DNA of 64,000 bases from Alphaproteobacteria bacterium (GCA_028691835.1 JAQUYN010000001.1:21122-85121), one strand, 5' to 3'; positions 45,410 through 55,526 are shown, counted from the stretch's first letter. The notes: generated by a model from the sequence alone, not told the origin. Translations and numbers: made by a program.

Positions 45410-45919
45410 GTGATGGATATGCCGCTCGCTCACAACTTTATTCTTGCTCTGGCTGGGATCCTTATGATCTACGCAGCCGGAAGCGATGCTGCACGTTTTC
45501 GTATTCCCAATATGTCGTGTCTCGCTATCCTTGCCCTCTTCCCTCTCTTCGTCCTGACGGCGCCAACAACGGTGCCTTGGCTCAAACACCTTGCCGTCTT
45601 TGGCTTGGTCTTCGTCGCTGGTTATGTTTTATTTTTAAAGAATATCGCCGGAGCCGGTGACATCAAATTGATCGCCGTGATCGCTTTGTGGGCGGGACCA
45701 ACGTACTGCGCTCACTTTTTATTCATTACGGCCATCTCTGGTGGTATTTTAAGTCTTGGCATTGGGGCGGCTACACTTATCCGTCGTCATCTTTCAAAAA
45801 CGAAAGAGGGGCCGGCTCTTCGCCAAACACCCATCCCCTATGGCGTTGCTATCGCTGTGGGTGGTCTTTGCACACTCGCTCTTTTGTCTCACCCCGATCT
45901 GCTTCAAGCACAGATCTAA
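45410..45919 (+). CDS. cpaA: prepilin peptidase CpaA/TadV (A24 family)
   Basis: AAGSDAARFRIPN and AGAGDIKLIAVIALWAG (two Asp motifs); polytopic; first gene of the cpa locus. Confidence 0.8.
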   Translation: MMDMPLAHNFILALAGILMIYAAGSDAARFRIPNMSCLAILALFPLFVLTAPTTVPWLKHLAVFGLVFVAGYVLFLKNIAGAGDIKLIAVIALWAGPTYCAHFLFITAISGGILSLGIGAATLIRRHLSKTKEGPALRQTPIPYGVAIAVGGLCTLALLSHPDLLQAQI

Positions 45920-45931
45920 GGAGATTGTCCT

Positions 45932-46891
45932 ATGGCACCACGTAAACTCGTTCTTCTTCTCGTAGCCCTCGTAATCGCCGGGGGAACCGTCATCATTTCA
46001 CGCGGCATGCTCACAAACAGTTCGGTGACAGCCCCAGTCGAAACGAAAGCGCCCCCGACACAAGAAATTCTTGTAGCCGCGCATGATTTGCCTGCTGGCA
46101 GCTTGGTCAAAGAGGGTGATCTCAAATGGCAAACATGGCCCAAAGAAGAGGATACCTCGGACTCAGGGTTTGCCATCAAGGGAGAAAAGGAAATCAAGGA
46201 TTATATCGGCACTGTCGTGCGTAACGGCATGCGCGTCGGTGAGCCCGTTATGCCGGGACGCATTGTCAAGGCGGGCGAACAAGGCTTTATGGCGGCAGCT
46301 CTCGCGCCGGGTATGCGGGCTGTCTCTATCGCCATTACGCCCGTTGCTGGCGTTGCTGGTTTCGTTTTTCCAGGCGATCATGTGGATGTGATTGTAACGC
46401 ATCAGATTGGCCAGAAGAGCGAAAACGAAGGGTTTAACCGCCGCGTTAGCGAAACCATGCTAAAAAACGTGCGTGTTTTGGCTCTTGACCAAAAAATGAA
46501 CGACCAAATCTCGGAACCTAAGGTGGCTCAAATTGCCACACTGGAAGTAAGCCCCAAGCAAGCCGAAACCATGGCCCTCATCACAGAACTTGGCACCGTG
46601 TCGCTGGCCCTGCGCAGTATCGCCAATGATCCCTCAGCCGAAGAAATCTCCCCCCCTTCCGAGCCAACGCAAGCCACCGCCGAAACCACACCCCCCAGCA
46701 TCGTTCTTGACGCTGCCGCGCTTGCCACAGGGGCTGCCCATCGGCCCCCGTCTTTGGACCAGATCACATGGGACAGTGACGTCAGCAAAGTTCTTCCCCG
46801 TCCTGCCAACCGTTCGGGAGCCGTTCAAAAAATTCAAATCATTCGAGGCAAAGAGACGACCGAGTCTATCTTTGAGCTTCAACAACCATAA
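45932..46891 (+). CDS. cpaB: Flp pilus assembly protein CpaB/RcpC
   Basis: N-terminal TM, SAF-like ILVAAHDLPAGSLVKEGDL; position in locus. Confidence 0.8.
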   Translation: MAPRKLVLLLVALVIAGGTVIISRGMLTNSSVTAPVETKAPPTQEILVAAHDLPAGSLVKEGDLKWQTWPKEEDTSDSGFAIKGEKEIKDYIGTVVRNGMRVGEPVMPGRIVKAGEQGFMAAALAPGMRAVSIAITPVAGVAGFVFPGDHVDVIVTHQIGQKSENEGFNRRVSETMLKNVRVLALDQKMNDQISEPKVAQIATLEVSPKQAETMALITELGTVSLALRSIANDPSAEEISPPSEPTQATAETTPPSIVLDAAALATGAAHRPPSLDQITWDSDVSKVLPRPANRSGAVQKIQIIRGKETTESIFELQQP

Positions 46892-46902
46892 GGAAACTGG
46901 TC

Positions 46903-48516
46903 ATGCTACGCTTTCGCCCTTTATCCTTGTCTTTTCTTTCTGGTTTGACGCTTTTGTCCTTTTTGTTGAGCGTCAATGAACCCAGCTTTGCGGCAACGCC
47001 ACACAAAGCCGCCGTCAAGACAGAAAAACTTACCCATCAAGCGGCACAAGGCCTTCCCACAGCCTTGGAAGTTATGATCGACAAAAGCGTATCGGTAAAG
47101 TTTAGAGCGCCTGCGGCTTCGATCTTTATCGCAAACCCGGACATTGCGGACATTCAAGTTCTTTCACCAACCTCCATCATGGTCTATGGCAAAAAAGAAG
47201 GCCAAACGACCCTTAAAGTCACAGATGACACTGGCAAAGACCTTGTCTATCACACCGTGATCGTGTCGCAAAATCTTGCCGGTCTGCGCGAGGCCTTACG
47301 CACCGTCATTCCCGGCAGCAACATCAAAGTTGAATCCGTGCCAAATGGCCTCATTCTGACGGGCGATGTCACAGACTCGTCTGCTGTCGAAGATGCCCGC
47401 CGCCTCGCCTCCCGCTATATTCCCAGAGATGGCGGCGACATCATCAACCGCATTAAAGTCAAAGCCAACAATCAAGTTCAAATTCGCGTGCGCTTTGCCG
47501 AAGTCTCCAAAGATGTTGATAAACGCTTTGGCATTAACTGGGAAAATGCAGCCTCATTGGGCAGCTTTACGCTCGGCCTCGCAACGGGAGCCGACTTTAT
47601 CGACTCCACGACAACGGCGCTTTATGATCGCACGGGCCTTGACGGTCTCACAAACGATGCCCTGGCCGGAAGCTTTAACAATAAGCATTTCAGCATCAAT
47701 GGCATGATCGATGCCTTGGCAAAGAACGGTCTTGTTACCATTTTAGCTGAACCATCCTTATCGGCAATGTCGGGTGAAACGGCCAGCTTCCTTGCAGGCG
47801 GTGAGTTTCCTGTTCCTGTGCCACAATCCGGTGACACGGTAACGATTGAATGGAAGCAATACGGCGTATCGTTAGCCTTCACACCAACCATTATTGGCGA
47901 TAATCGTATCAATTTGCATGTGCGTCCTGAAGTCAGCCAACTGTCGGATGTGGGGTCGATCACCCTAAGCAGCACATCGAACAATTTCTCTGTTCCGGCT
48001 TTGACAACACGCCGCGCCGAAACAACCTTAGAACTAAACAGCGGACAAAGCTTTGCTATTGCAGGCCTGCTCAACAACCAGCAAACGCAATCCGTCAGCA
48101 AGTTCCCCTTCCTTGGCGATATTCCTGTTCTTGGCCCGCTCTTCCGTTCAACGCGGTTCCAGAACAACGAAAGCGAACTCGTCATCATCATCACGCCCTA
48201 TATCGTGAAGCCGACAACACAAGAACTCTTGGCCTTGCCAACCGATGGGTTTAGTCCCCCGACAGACAGTGATCGCATCTTCCGCATGAGGGAAACAAAC
48301 AGCGATCCAGAAGCACCAACACTCAGTGGTGAACCAAGAGCCGCACGCGTTGAAGAGGCCTTGGCTCAAAACTCTCCGGCCCCTATGGCTGCGCCGCTGA
48401 CCCCTGTGACAAGTTCTTCTTACGAAAGCAAGACACAGCCGATTTCAACCCCAGCTCCTTTTTCAAAAAAGATAACCCCGACGCCTGCAGGGCCCGGCGG
48501 CTTTATAATGGAGTAA
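46903..48516 (+). CDS. cpaC: Flp pilus secretin CpaC/RcpA
   Basis: Signal peptide, BON-like segment, secretin core LLAEPSLSAMSGETASFLAGGEFPVP...FPFLGDIPVLGPLFRS. Confidence 0.85.
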   Translation: MLRFRPLSLSFLSGLTLLSFLLSVNEPSFAATPHKAAVKTEKLTHQAAQGLPTALEVMIDKSVSVKFRAPAASIFIANPDIADIQVLSPTSIMVYGKKEGQTTLKVTDDTGKDLVYHTVIVSQNLAGLREALRTVIPGSNIKVESVPNGLILTGDVTDSSAVEDARRLASRYIPRDGGDIINRIKVKANNQVQIRVRFAEVSKDVDKRFGINWENAASLGSFTLGLATGADFIDSTTTALYDRTGLDGLTNDALAGSFNNKHFSINGMIDALAKNGLVTILAEPSLSAMSGETASFLAGGEFPVPVPQSGDTVTIEWKQYGVSLAFTPTIIGDNRINLHVRPEVSQLSDVGSITLSSTSNNFSVPALTTRRAETTLELNSGQSFAIAGLLNNQQTQSVSKFPFLGDIPVLGPLFRSTRFQNNESELVIIITPYIVKPTTQELLALPTDGFSPPTDSDRIFRMRETNSDPEAPTLSGEPRAARVEEALAQNSPAPMAAPLTPVTSSSYESKTQPISTPAPFSKKITPTPAGPGGFIME

Positions 48517-48520
48517 TGCC

Positions 48521-48940
48521 ATGAAGCAAACAAACTCTCTTCGCTTATGTCTTTCATGCCTCGTTCTTTTGGCCGTCCTTGGTGGCTGCGATACGACGAT
48601 GGGTCCCAAGCCTGACAACCGTATCAAGCTAATGCCAAGCGCCGATAGCAAACGCACCATCGCCGTGCCCCCAGAGTGCCTCAGCTGGCACGACGCGGCC
48701 AATGATCCTTTAGCAAACACGCCAACACCTCAATATGGGTGCGCCACAGCGCGTAATTTGGCGGCGCAAGTCGAACGGCCTGAAGACTTGGCCGAGGGCA
48801 AACCTTTGGGGACAGGCGACGGCGTCCTCTCGGCAGCCTCAATCCAAAACTATCGCGCAGGAAGAACAAAACCATTGATCGATGCCAAGGCCGATGCGCC
48901 TTTGGCTCAAACTCCAACAGGTGCTGGCGCGACGCCCTAA
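48521..48940 (+). CDS. cpaD: pilus assembly lipoprotein CpaD
   Basis: Lipobox LAVLGGC. YGCATARNLAAQVERPEDL...YRAG is CpaD-like. Confidence 0.65.
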   Translation: MKQTNSLRLCLSCLVLLAVLGGCDTTMGPKPDNRIKLMPSADSKRTIAVPPECLSWHDAANDPLANTPTPQYGCATARNLAAQVERPEDLAEGKPLGTGDGVLSAASIQNYRAGRTKPLIDAKADAPLAQTPTGAGATP

Positions 48941-48980
48941 TTCAACGCGCCCAAGTGAAGAAAGAAGTTTAAGGTGAGCT

Positions 48981-50198
48981 ATGCATAACGAGTTTATGGC
49001 ATTTGTCAGTGACGAAAAGACAGCCGATACGGTTCGGACTTGGGCCGACCGTCAGGGCTTTCCTGCCGATACGGTTCAGATCGGCGGTCCAGAACTTTTC
49101 ACAACCTTATTAGAATCTGATGCTCCGCCCAAGCTTGTCCTGATCGACTTTGACAATCAAGAACAGCCTGTACAAATCGCCGCCCGCATTGTCAGCCTGT
49201 GCGGCTCGACAGTGCGTGTCGTTGCGCTGGGAACAGCCAACGATGTCCCCCTGTTTCGCGACATGCTTTCTGCGGGCGTCAGTGACTATTTGGTCAAGCC
49301 CCTCACCCCTGAACTTCTGACACAAACCATGATGGCGGCCACGCGTGGCCAAAATGCAAATGGGGCGGGTCCAGCCAAAGATTGCAAAAACATCGTTGTT
49401 ATTGGCGTGCGCGGCGGGGTCGGCGCCAGCACCTTGGCCACAAATACTGCTTGGATCATCGCGCATGAAATGAAGAAAAAATGCGCCCTTCTCGATCTTG
49501 ATCTTCAATATGGAACCAGCGCCCTTGCCTTGGACATTGAACCGGGCCACGGACTGCGCGATGTGCTCAGCTCTCCACAACGCGTCGATAGTTTGATGAT
49601 TGCCGGGGCCATGATTACCGAAGGTGAAAACTTTTCAATTTTAAGCGCCGAAGAATCCATCGAAGAAGTCATCCATATCGATCCCAACGCCATCATGGCG
49701 TTGCTGAAAGAAATGCGAACAGGGTATCAAGCTGTTGTCATCGACTTACCCCGGCACATGGTGGCCACGCAAAAAAGACTTCTGGCAACAGCGCATGAAA
49801 TCGTGCTGATCACGGAAATGTCGCTTGTCGGCATTCGCGATACGTTGCGGCTTCGGTCAACGCTCAAAGGCCTGGGGTCAACGGCAAGAATAACCCAAAT
49901 TACAACAAAGATAGGCCCGAACCGTCCAGCCGCCGTGGACGAACCAACCTTTACGAAAGGGGCGCAGGCCAAAATCGATTTCACTGTGCCTGACGACCAC
50001 AAAACACTTGTGACCGCCAGCAACGCAGGCAAAATGCTTGGTGCGGTTGCTCCGAATGCGTCCATCACAAAGGTTCTTCGCGATTTGGCCAAACACCTTG
50101 TCGGAGACAAGGAGACAAAGGGTCAACAGGCCAAATCAAGCTTTGGCCTGCTTGGCAGCCTGTTTAAATCCGGCGGTAAGGAGGCCCCCAAGGCATGA
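48981..50198 (+). CDS. cpaE: CpaE/TadZ (receiver-like N-domain plus MinD/ParA-type ATPase)
   Basis: VIGVRGGVGASTLATNTAW deviant Walker A; locus position. Confidence 0.8.
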   Translation: MHNEFMAFVSDEKTADTVRTWADRQGFPADTVQIGGPELFTTLLESDAPPKLVLIDFDNQEQPVQIAARIVSLCGSTVRVVALGTANDVPLFRDMLSAGVSDYLVKPLTPELLTQTMMAATRGQNANGAGPAKDCKNIVVIGVRGGVGASTLATNTAWIIAHEMKKKCALLDLDLQYGTSALALDIEPGHGLRDVLSSPQRVDSLMIAGAMITEGENFSILSAEESIEEVIHIDPNAIMALLKEMRTGYQAVVIDLPRHMVATQKRLLATAHEIVLITEMSLVGIRDTLRLRSTLKGLGSTARITQITTKIGPNRPAAVDEPTFTKGAQAKIDFTVPDDHKTLVTASNAGKMLGAVAPNASITKVLRDLAKHLVGDKETKGQQAKSSFGLLGSLFKSGGKEAPKA

Positions 50199-51838
50199 TA
50201 TCCGCGAGCGGTCTTGACTCCCGATCCGTCATTCTCGACAGCACGATTGCTGTCTTGCGGGACCGTATCTTGCCTGGCCTTCAAAAAGAAATCCCTTCCA
50301 AAAAAATAGCCGCCATGTCACGCAACGACGTGTCCCGCGAAGTCAAAGCCTTTGCAACGCAGTTTCTCAGCAATCAAGGAATCGAACTCAATCTTCTTGA
50401 CCAACGTGATCTTGTGGGGGCCTTGACCAATGGCCTTTTGGGCGTGGAAACAAAACAAACGCCGCCACCGTCACAAACGCCTGCGACAACCAGCGGCTTT
50501 ACCCCCCCCACGGCTGACCCGGAACCAGAGCCGGAACCCGTCCAGCGCCCAGTTGAAAAACCGATGGGCACGGCAAGCCGCATGAGTGTTGACCAAGCCA
50601 AGAGAAAGCTGCAACCGCTAATCCTTGAACGCATCGATACCTCTGCCGCCGCACGCATGGCGCGGGAAGATCTCGCCCGGGATTTAAAAAGCATTGTGGG
50701 CGAACTTTTGATCGAAATGAAAATGCAACTTAACGCCGCCGAACGCGTTGAGTTTGTCGAACAATTGCTCAACGATATGCTGGGGCTTGGGCCCCTTGAG
50801 CCGCTTTTAGCGGACGAGAACATTTCCGAAGTCATGGTCAACGGCCCCAAACAAGTCTATTGCGAAAGCAAGGGGCGCCTCACCCTAACCGACATCACGT
50901 TTCGCGACAACGCGCACGTCCTTTCCATCGCAACCCGCATCGTGACGGCTATTGGTCGTCGTATTGATGAAAGCTCGCCCCTTTGCGATGCGCGCCTTAT
51001 GGATGGCAGCCGCGTCAACATCATTATTCCCCCTTTGGCAATTGATGGGCCGTCCATCACCATTCGTAAGTTCTCAAAAAAGAAAATTACGCTGGATGCC
51101 ATGATCAAATTTGGAAGCATGTCTCCACAAATGGCCCAAGTATTACGCATTGTGGGGCGTTGTCGCCTGAACATTCTGATCTCGGGAGGAACAGGTTCAG
51201 GAAAAACAACGCTGCTGAACGCGCTGTCACAAATGATCGACCACGGCGAGCGTATTGTGACTATCGAAGACGCCGCCGAGCTGCAACTTCAACAACCGCA
51301 TGTCGTGCGTTTGGAAACGCGTCCGGCCAATCTTGAAGGCCATGGCGAAATCACCATGCGCGATCTTCTCAAAAACTGCCTACGCATGCGTCCAGATCGC
51401 ATTATTGTCGGTGAAACACGCGGTGGCGAAGCCATCGACATGCTGCAAGCCATGAACACGGGGCATGACGGCTCACTGTCCACCGTTCACGCCAATCGCC
51501 CACGTGAGGCCATTATGCGTCTTGAAAACATGGTTGGCCTTGGCGGTGCGAACCTTGCCCCACGGGCCATTCGCCAACAAATTGCCTCTGCCGTTGACAT
51601 GATCATTCAGGTCAGCCGTATGCGCGACGGATCACGACGCATCACACACATTTCTGAAGTCATCGGCATGGAAGGCGAAGTGATTGCCATGCAAGATCTC
51701 TTTGTCTGCGAAGTGACGGGAGAGCTTCCAGATGGCCGCCTGACCGTTGAGTTCAAGAACAACGGCCTGCGCCCCTTCTGCCTGCCCAAAGCCTCTTACT
51801 ATGGTCTTGAAAAAGACTTGCTGGAGGCCATGTCATGA
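50195..51838 (+). CDS. cpaF: CpaF/TadA secretion ATPase
   Basis: [55 protein letters not shown]. Confidence 0.9.
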   Translation: MISASGLDSRSVILDSTIAVLRDRILPGLQKEIPSKKIAAMSRNDVSREVKAFATQFLSNQGIELNLLDQRDLVGALTNGLLGVETKQTPPPSQTPATTSGFTPPTADPEPEPEPVQRPVEKPMGTASRMSVDQAKRKLQPLILERIDTSAAARMAREDLARDLKSIVGELLIEMKMQLNAAERVEFVEQLLNDMLGLGPLEPLLADENISEVMVNGPKQVYCESKGRLTLTDITFRDNAHVLSIATRIVTAIGRRIDESSPLCDARLMDGSRVNIIIPPLAIDGPSITIRKFSKKKITLDAMIKFGSMSPQMAQVLRIVGRCRLNILISGGTGSGKTTLLNALSQMIDHGERIVTIEDAAELQLQQPHVVRLETRPANLEGHGEITMRDLLKNCLRMRPDRIIVGETRGGEAIDMLQAMNTGHDGSLSTVHANRPREAIMRLENMVGLGGANLAPRAIRQQIASAVDMIIQVSRMRDGSRRITHISEVIGMEGEVIAMQDLFVCEVTGELPDGRLTVEFKNNGLRPFCLPKASYYGLEKDLLEAMS

Positions 51839-52821
51839 ACCCTCAACTTCTCGTTATGATTGCAGGCGGCGTACTTTTCACGTTTGTCATCCTCCTTCTT
51901 TTATTCGGTGGCGACGGCACAGAGGCCTCCGTCAAGAAAAGGTTAGACCGGGTTGGCGGAACAACGCCGGCAAAAAATCTGAAAGAAAGCGGATCGGCGG
52001 CAACCTTACGCCGCCGCACCAGCGACAGCGAGATTGCCCTTCTGGATCGCATCATCAAAACCACACTTCCCAATCCCGAAAAAATGCGCGCACGCCTTGC
52101 GGCGACAGGCAAAAATATATCACTGAGTGAATACCTAATGGTCAACCTTCTGGGCATTTTGGTTTCTTATCTGATCTTCGCCTATATCGTAAAATGGGGT
52201 CCTGTCGTCGCCTTTTTTATGGCCATTGCCGTTGGTCTTTATTTGCCACATATGGTCACGGGCCGGATGGGACGTAAGCGCATCAACAAGTTTCTCGCGA
52301 CCTTCCCTGAGGCCATTGATACCATTTGCCGTGGTTTGCGTTCGGGGCTTCCCATTACGGAAACCATTGCAGCCGTTGGGCTAGAGCTGCCGGATCCTAT
52401 TGGCATCGAGTTCACACGCATCAGCGACGGTGTTCGCATGGGCCGTTCCTTGGAAGAGTCCATGTGGGAAGTCGCAGGGCGGCTTGACATCCCAGAGTAT
52501 CGCTTTTTCATCATCGCGTTGGCCATTCAGCGCGAAACGGGCGGCAATCTGGCTGAAACCCTTGGCAATCTCGCCGAGCTTTTACGCAAACGCCGCCAAC
52601 TCAAACTGAAGATCCGCGCCATGTCATCTGAAGCCCGCGCTTCGGCGATGATCATCGGGTCCCTTCCCTTCCTAATGTTCACCCTCCTTTACTTCGTGAA
52701 CTCAGACTACATCATGATTTTGCTTCACGACACACGCGGCAAGTTTCTTTTTGGCGGTGGTTTAACGTGGCTCAGTATGGGCGTTTTCGTCATGAAGCAA
52801 ATGATCAACTTCGAGATTTAG
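51835..52821 (+). CDS. tadB: TadB (type II secretion F-family inner membrane protein)
   Basis: T2SSF-like FPEAIDTICRGLRSGLPI; locus position. Confidence 0.8.
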   Translation: MNPQLLVMIAGGVLFTFVILLLLFGGDGTEASVKKRLDRVGGTTPAKNLKESGSAATLRRRTSDSEIALLDRIIKTTLPNPEKMRARLAATGKNISLSEYLMVNLLGILVSYLIFAYIVKWGPVVAFFMAIAVGLYLPHMVTGRMGRKRINKFLATFPEAIDTICRGLRSGLPITETIAAVGLELPDPIGIEFTRISDGVRMGRSLEESMWEVAGRLDIPEYRFFIIALAIQRETGGNLAETLGNLAELLRKRRQLKLKIRAMSSEARASAMIIGSLPFLMFTLLYFVNSDYIMILLHDTRGKFLFGGGLTWLSMGVFVMKQMINFEI

Positions 52822-52827
52822 GGGCCC

Positions 52828-53793
52828 ATGTTAAGTTCACTTGACCGCACCTTTCACAGCCCAGATTTTCTCTCGATCCTTTGTGGGGGCGCGGCCTTTG
52901 CTGTGGTCGTTTTAGTCTGGACGGCCTTCCTTGACAGCGGTCCACAACCCGAACGGCTCAAAGCCGTCACGCAACGTCGTGATGATTTTGAAAACGAGCG
53001 CCACAAGAAAAACTCGCGCCGCGCTAGCCTTCAAAAACACAGCCTTATGAAACGGGTCGTCGAATGGATGAAGTTAACCCAAGGCAAAAGCGTTGAAGGC
53101 CTGCGCCTCAAACTGCGACGCGCTGGATTCCAATCCCGTGACACACTGTTTGTTTTTCTCTTCACCAAACTCGCTCTGATGTGCGGCTTGGCGGCCACCG
53201 CTGGCTTTTTCGTCTTCGTCGTCGGCGTGGGCAACATGAACCCAGCCTTTCGGCTTCTTATCGCCCTGTTTGGCGCCGTCATCGGGTGGATGCTCCCCGA
53301 TGTTATGATTAAAAACCTAATCCAAAAACGAGAAGAGGTCCTGCGCAAAGGAACGCCTGATGCTCTGGATCTCATGGTTATCTGCGCCGAAGCCGGTCTT
53401 GGCCTTGATGCCGCTTTCGACCGTGTAGGCAAAGAAATCATTCCAACGTGCCCCGAACTTGCCGAAGAAATCGGTGTCACCAGCGTCGAACTCAACTTCC
53501 TGCCCGACCGCAACAAAGCCCTGCATGGTCTCGCAGAACGTGTGCCGCTTCCCAGCATCGTCGCCTTGGTCAACACCCTCATCCAAACCGAAAAGTATGG
53601 CACGCCGCTTGCCCAATCCTTGCGTGTCCTTTCGGGAGAAATGCGCGACGAACGCATGATGAAGGCTGAAGAAAAAGCGGCTGCCCTGCCCGCCATTCTG
53701 ACCGTCCCAATGATCTTGTTTATTCTGCCCCCCCTGTTTGTGGTCCTCATCGGCCCCGCAGCCTTGAAAGTCAGCGCCGCCTTCACGCACTAA
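52828..53793 (+). CDS. tadC: TadC (type II secretion F-family inner membrane protein)
   Basis: PDALDLMVICAEAGLGLDAAF; locus position. Confidence 0.8.
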   Translation: MLSSLDRTFHSPDFLSILCGGAAFAVVVLVWTAFLDSGPQPERLKAVTQRRDDFENERHKKNSRRASLQKHSLMKRVVEWMKLTQGKSVEGLRLKLRRAGFQSRDTLFVFLFTKLALMCGLAATAGFFVFVVGVGNMNPAFRLLIALFGAVIGWMLPDVMIKNLIQKREEVLRKGTPDALDLMVICAEAGLGLDAAFDRVGKEIIPTCPELAEEIGVTSVELNFLPDRNKALHGLAERVPLPSIVALVNTLIQTEKYGTPLAQSLRVLSGEMRDERMMKAEEKAAALPAILTVPMILFILPPLFVVLIGPAALKVSAAFTH

Positions 53794-53974
53794 CGGTATG
53801 CCCACAAAAAAGCCGTCATCCCCCCGAATGACAGCCTGATTTCTTTGATTTCGTACACCCGGCAAAATCTGGGCGCACCACCCCGTAGGAGTGTCAATAC
53901 CATAACCCGTTGATCTTTGTCAACAGAAAAATCACTCTAAACAAAAGATTTTTCATTAACCAAGGCTAAGCCTT

Positions 53975-54238
53975 ATACCAACGAGCCTATGAACGGACTC
54001 ATACCAGCGGGTCTATGAGCGGACTCACTGGTGGCGTTGTTTTTACTCATTCGCTCTGCGCCTCGCACTCCTCTTGCCGGACGGCACCCCTTGCTTTTTA
54101 AGGAGAGGACTGTCCGGCGAGAGGCTATCTCCTCGCAACCGCTCATGACCCAGCGCGTCGGTTCATCGGGCGGTTGGTATAACTCTGCGCCTCGCAACCG
54201 CTCGTGACCCGAACAGGTTGGTTCATCGGGCGGTTGAT
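53975..54238. mobile_element. MITE family 1, nested: full copy (54001..54182, reverse orientation) inside a short copy (53975..54000 plus 54183..54238)
   Basis: ATACCAACGAGCCTATGAACGGACTC | ATACCAGCGGGTCTATGAGCGGACTCAC....CATCGGGCGGTTGGTATAA | CTCTGCGCCTCGCAACCGCTCGTGACCCGAACAGGTTGGTTCATCGGGCGGTTGATGT. Confidence 0.7.
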
Positions 54239-54239
54239 G

Positions 54240-54746
54240 TTACACGGCCATACCAATGGCTTTCAACTGCAACAGCATTTCGAACTCAGAAACATTGGGA
54301 CGACACCGCACGAGCATTCCGATACGGGTTTCCAGCGTTGTAAGGCATTTACGAAGTTTCCACTCGCGTACGTCAGCCCGATCCGAACCAAGGGGATCAT
54401 CGACATTCCAATGCACGCGCACGGGTGACCCGGGCCAGTCCAGAGGACAAAGCTCTCGAGCCTCTTCTGACAACGTCACAATAATATCAACTTTGACAAG
54501 ATCGGCATGCGCATAAAAATCTTCCCATTTTTTGGGATAAAGTTTTTGCGTGTCATAGCATGCCGACTCTAACAAAAACCTCGTTTCGGGATCGATGGCC
54601 TCTGCGGGGGCAATCCCGGCACTGCGTGCGCGATAGGCATGGCTCCCCTTCGCGTTCAACAAAGCCTCGGCCACAATGCTGCGCGCAGCATTGCCCGTGG
54701 ACAGGAAGAGAACAAGAAGAGGTTTAGGGCTCATGAACTGGCGCAC
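54240..54746 (-). CDS. LMW-PTP/ArsC-fold protein lacking the catalytic cysteine
   Basis: LVLFLSTGNAARSIVAE corresponds to the CX5R(S/T) P-loop (C-T-G-N-S-C-R-S in ArsC/LMW-PTP), but reads S-T-G-N-A-A-R-S here. HWNVDDP is conserved. Confidence 0.65.
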   Translation of the reverse strand: MRQFMSPKPLLVLFLSTGNAARSIVAEALLNAKGSHAYRARSAGIAPAEAIDPETRFLLESACYDTQKLYPKKWEDFYAHADLVKVDIIVTLSEEARELCPLDWPGSPVRVHWNVDDPLGSDRADVREWKLRKCLTTLETRIGMLVRCRPNVSEFEMLLQLKAIGMAV

Positions 54747-54944
54747 CCCGAGAAATAAAACGAATCACGGGATCAAAGGTAAGGGGGTGCGATTCCGTGA
54801 GCAACGGTTACATTAACCGTTTGATAACCATTTTGCTGAGTGTTGCAGATACGACTCGCTTTGCGTGCTGCTCTCTTCAGGACGGTATCGCAACAATCAA
54901 GGCGTACGCTTAAAAAACAATCAACATCGAATAAACCGTAACAA

Positions 54945-55526
54945 TTACGAAGAAGGTCTTATAACTTCCTTTTCCGTGACAATAGCCCCCAAAAGCACAT
55001 CATGTTCACCTGTGGGAATCTGAGGGACCTCTTGCGCGGCATAAGCAAGGCCGACAGCAAGGATCTTTTTCTGGGCGCGAAGAAGAGCAAGCGTACGATC
55101 ATAAAAGCCGCCACCCTGCCCCAACCGACGCCCCCCGCGATCAAAGCCAACCAACGGGACAAGTAAAACATCGGGAACGACAAGAGGGGCCAGCGATAAC
55201 GGCTCAGGAATCTGCATCGCGCCCAAACAAAAAAAGTCGCCCAATTGGTACGACCGAAAAGACAGAGGGTGCTCGGCTTCATCAACAACGGGCAGACAAA
55301 GGCTGTGCCCACGTTCAACCAAAACTTCCGTCAAAGGCAAGGGATCAAGCTCATCACCTTGAGCGAGATAACAAGCAATCTGCGCTTTTTCGGGCAAAGA
55401 AAAACTCTCAAGAAATAAGTCTCGCACAGCTAAGGCAGCGTGCGGCGTGTCAGTGAAAGCCTTTGTCCTGCATAGGCGCAACTGTTGTCTCAATTCTTTT
55501 TTCTGCACATAAAGACTTTCAGCCAT
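54945..55526 (-). CDS. 5-formyltetrahydrofolate cyclo-ligase
   Basis: ACYLAQGDELDPLPL...LVPLVGFDRGGRRLGQGGGFYDRTL. Start at ATG 55526, preceded by GGAGAG. Confidence 0.8.
   Translation of the reverse strand: MAESLYVQKKELRQQLRLCRTKAFTDTPHAALAVRDLFLESFSLPEKAQIACYLAQGDELDPLPLTEVLVERGHSLCLPVVDEAEHPLSFRSYQLGDFFCLGAMQIPEPLSLAPLVVPDVLLVPLVGFDRGGRRLGQGGGFYDRTLALLRAQKKILAVGLAYAAQEVPQIPTGEHDVLLGAIVTEKEVIRPSS

Noticed and set aside
53973-54197. ORFs 53973..54197, the tail of 59242..59598, and 61725..61916, which encode near-identical peptides (..SGCE..SRRT.LSFRRKAFRPARGS.GAER..).
   Set aside because: The shared peptide is simply the translation of MITE family 1. They are not independent genes.
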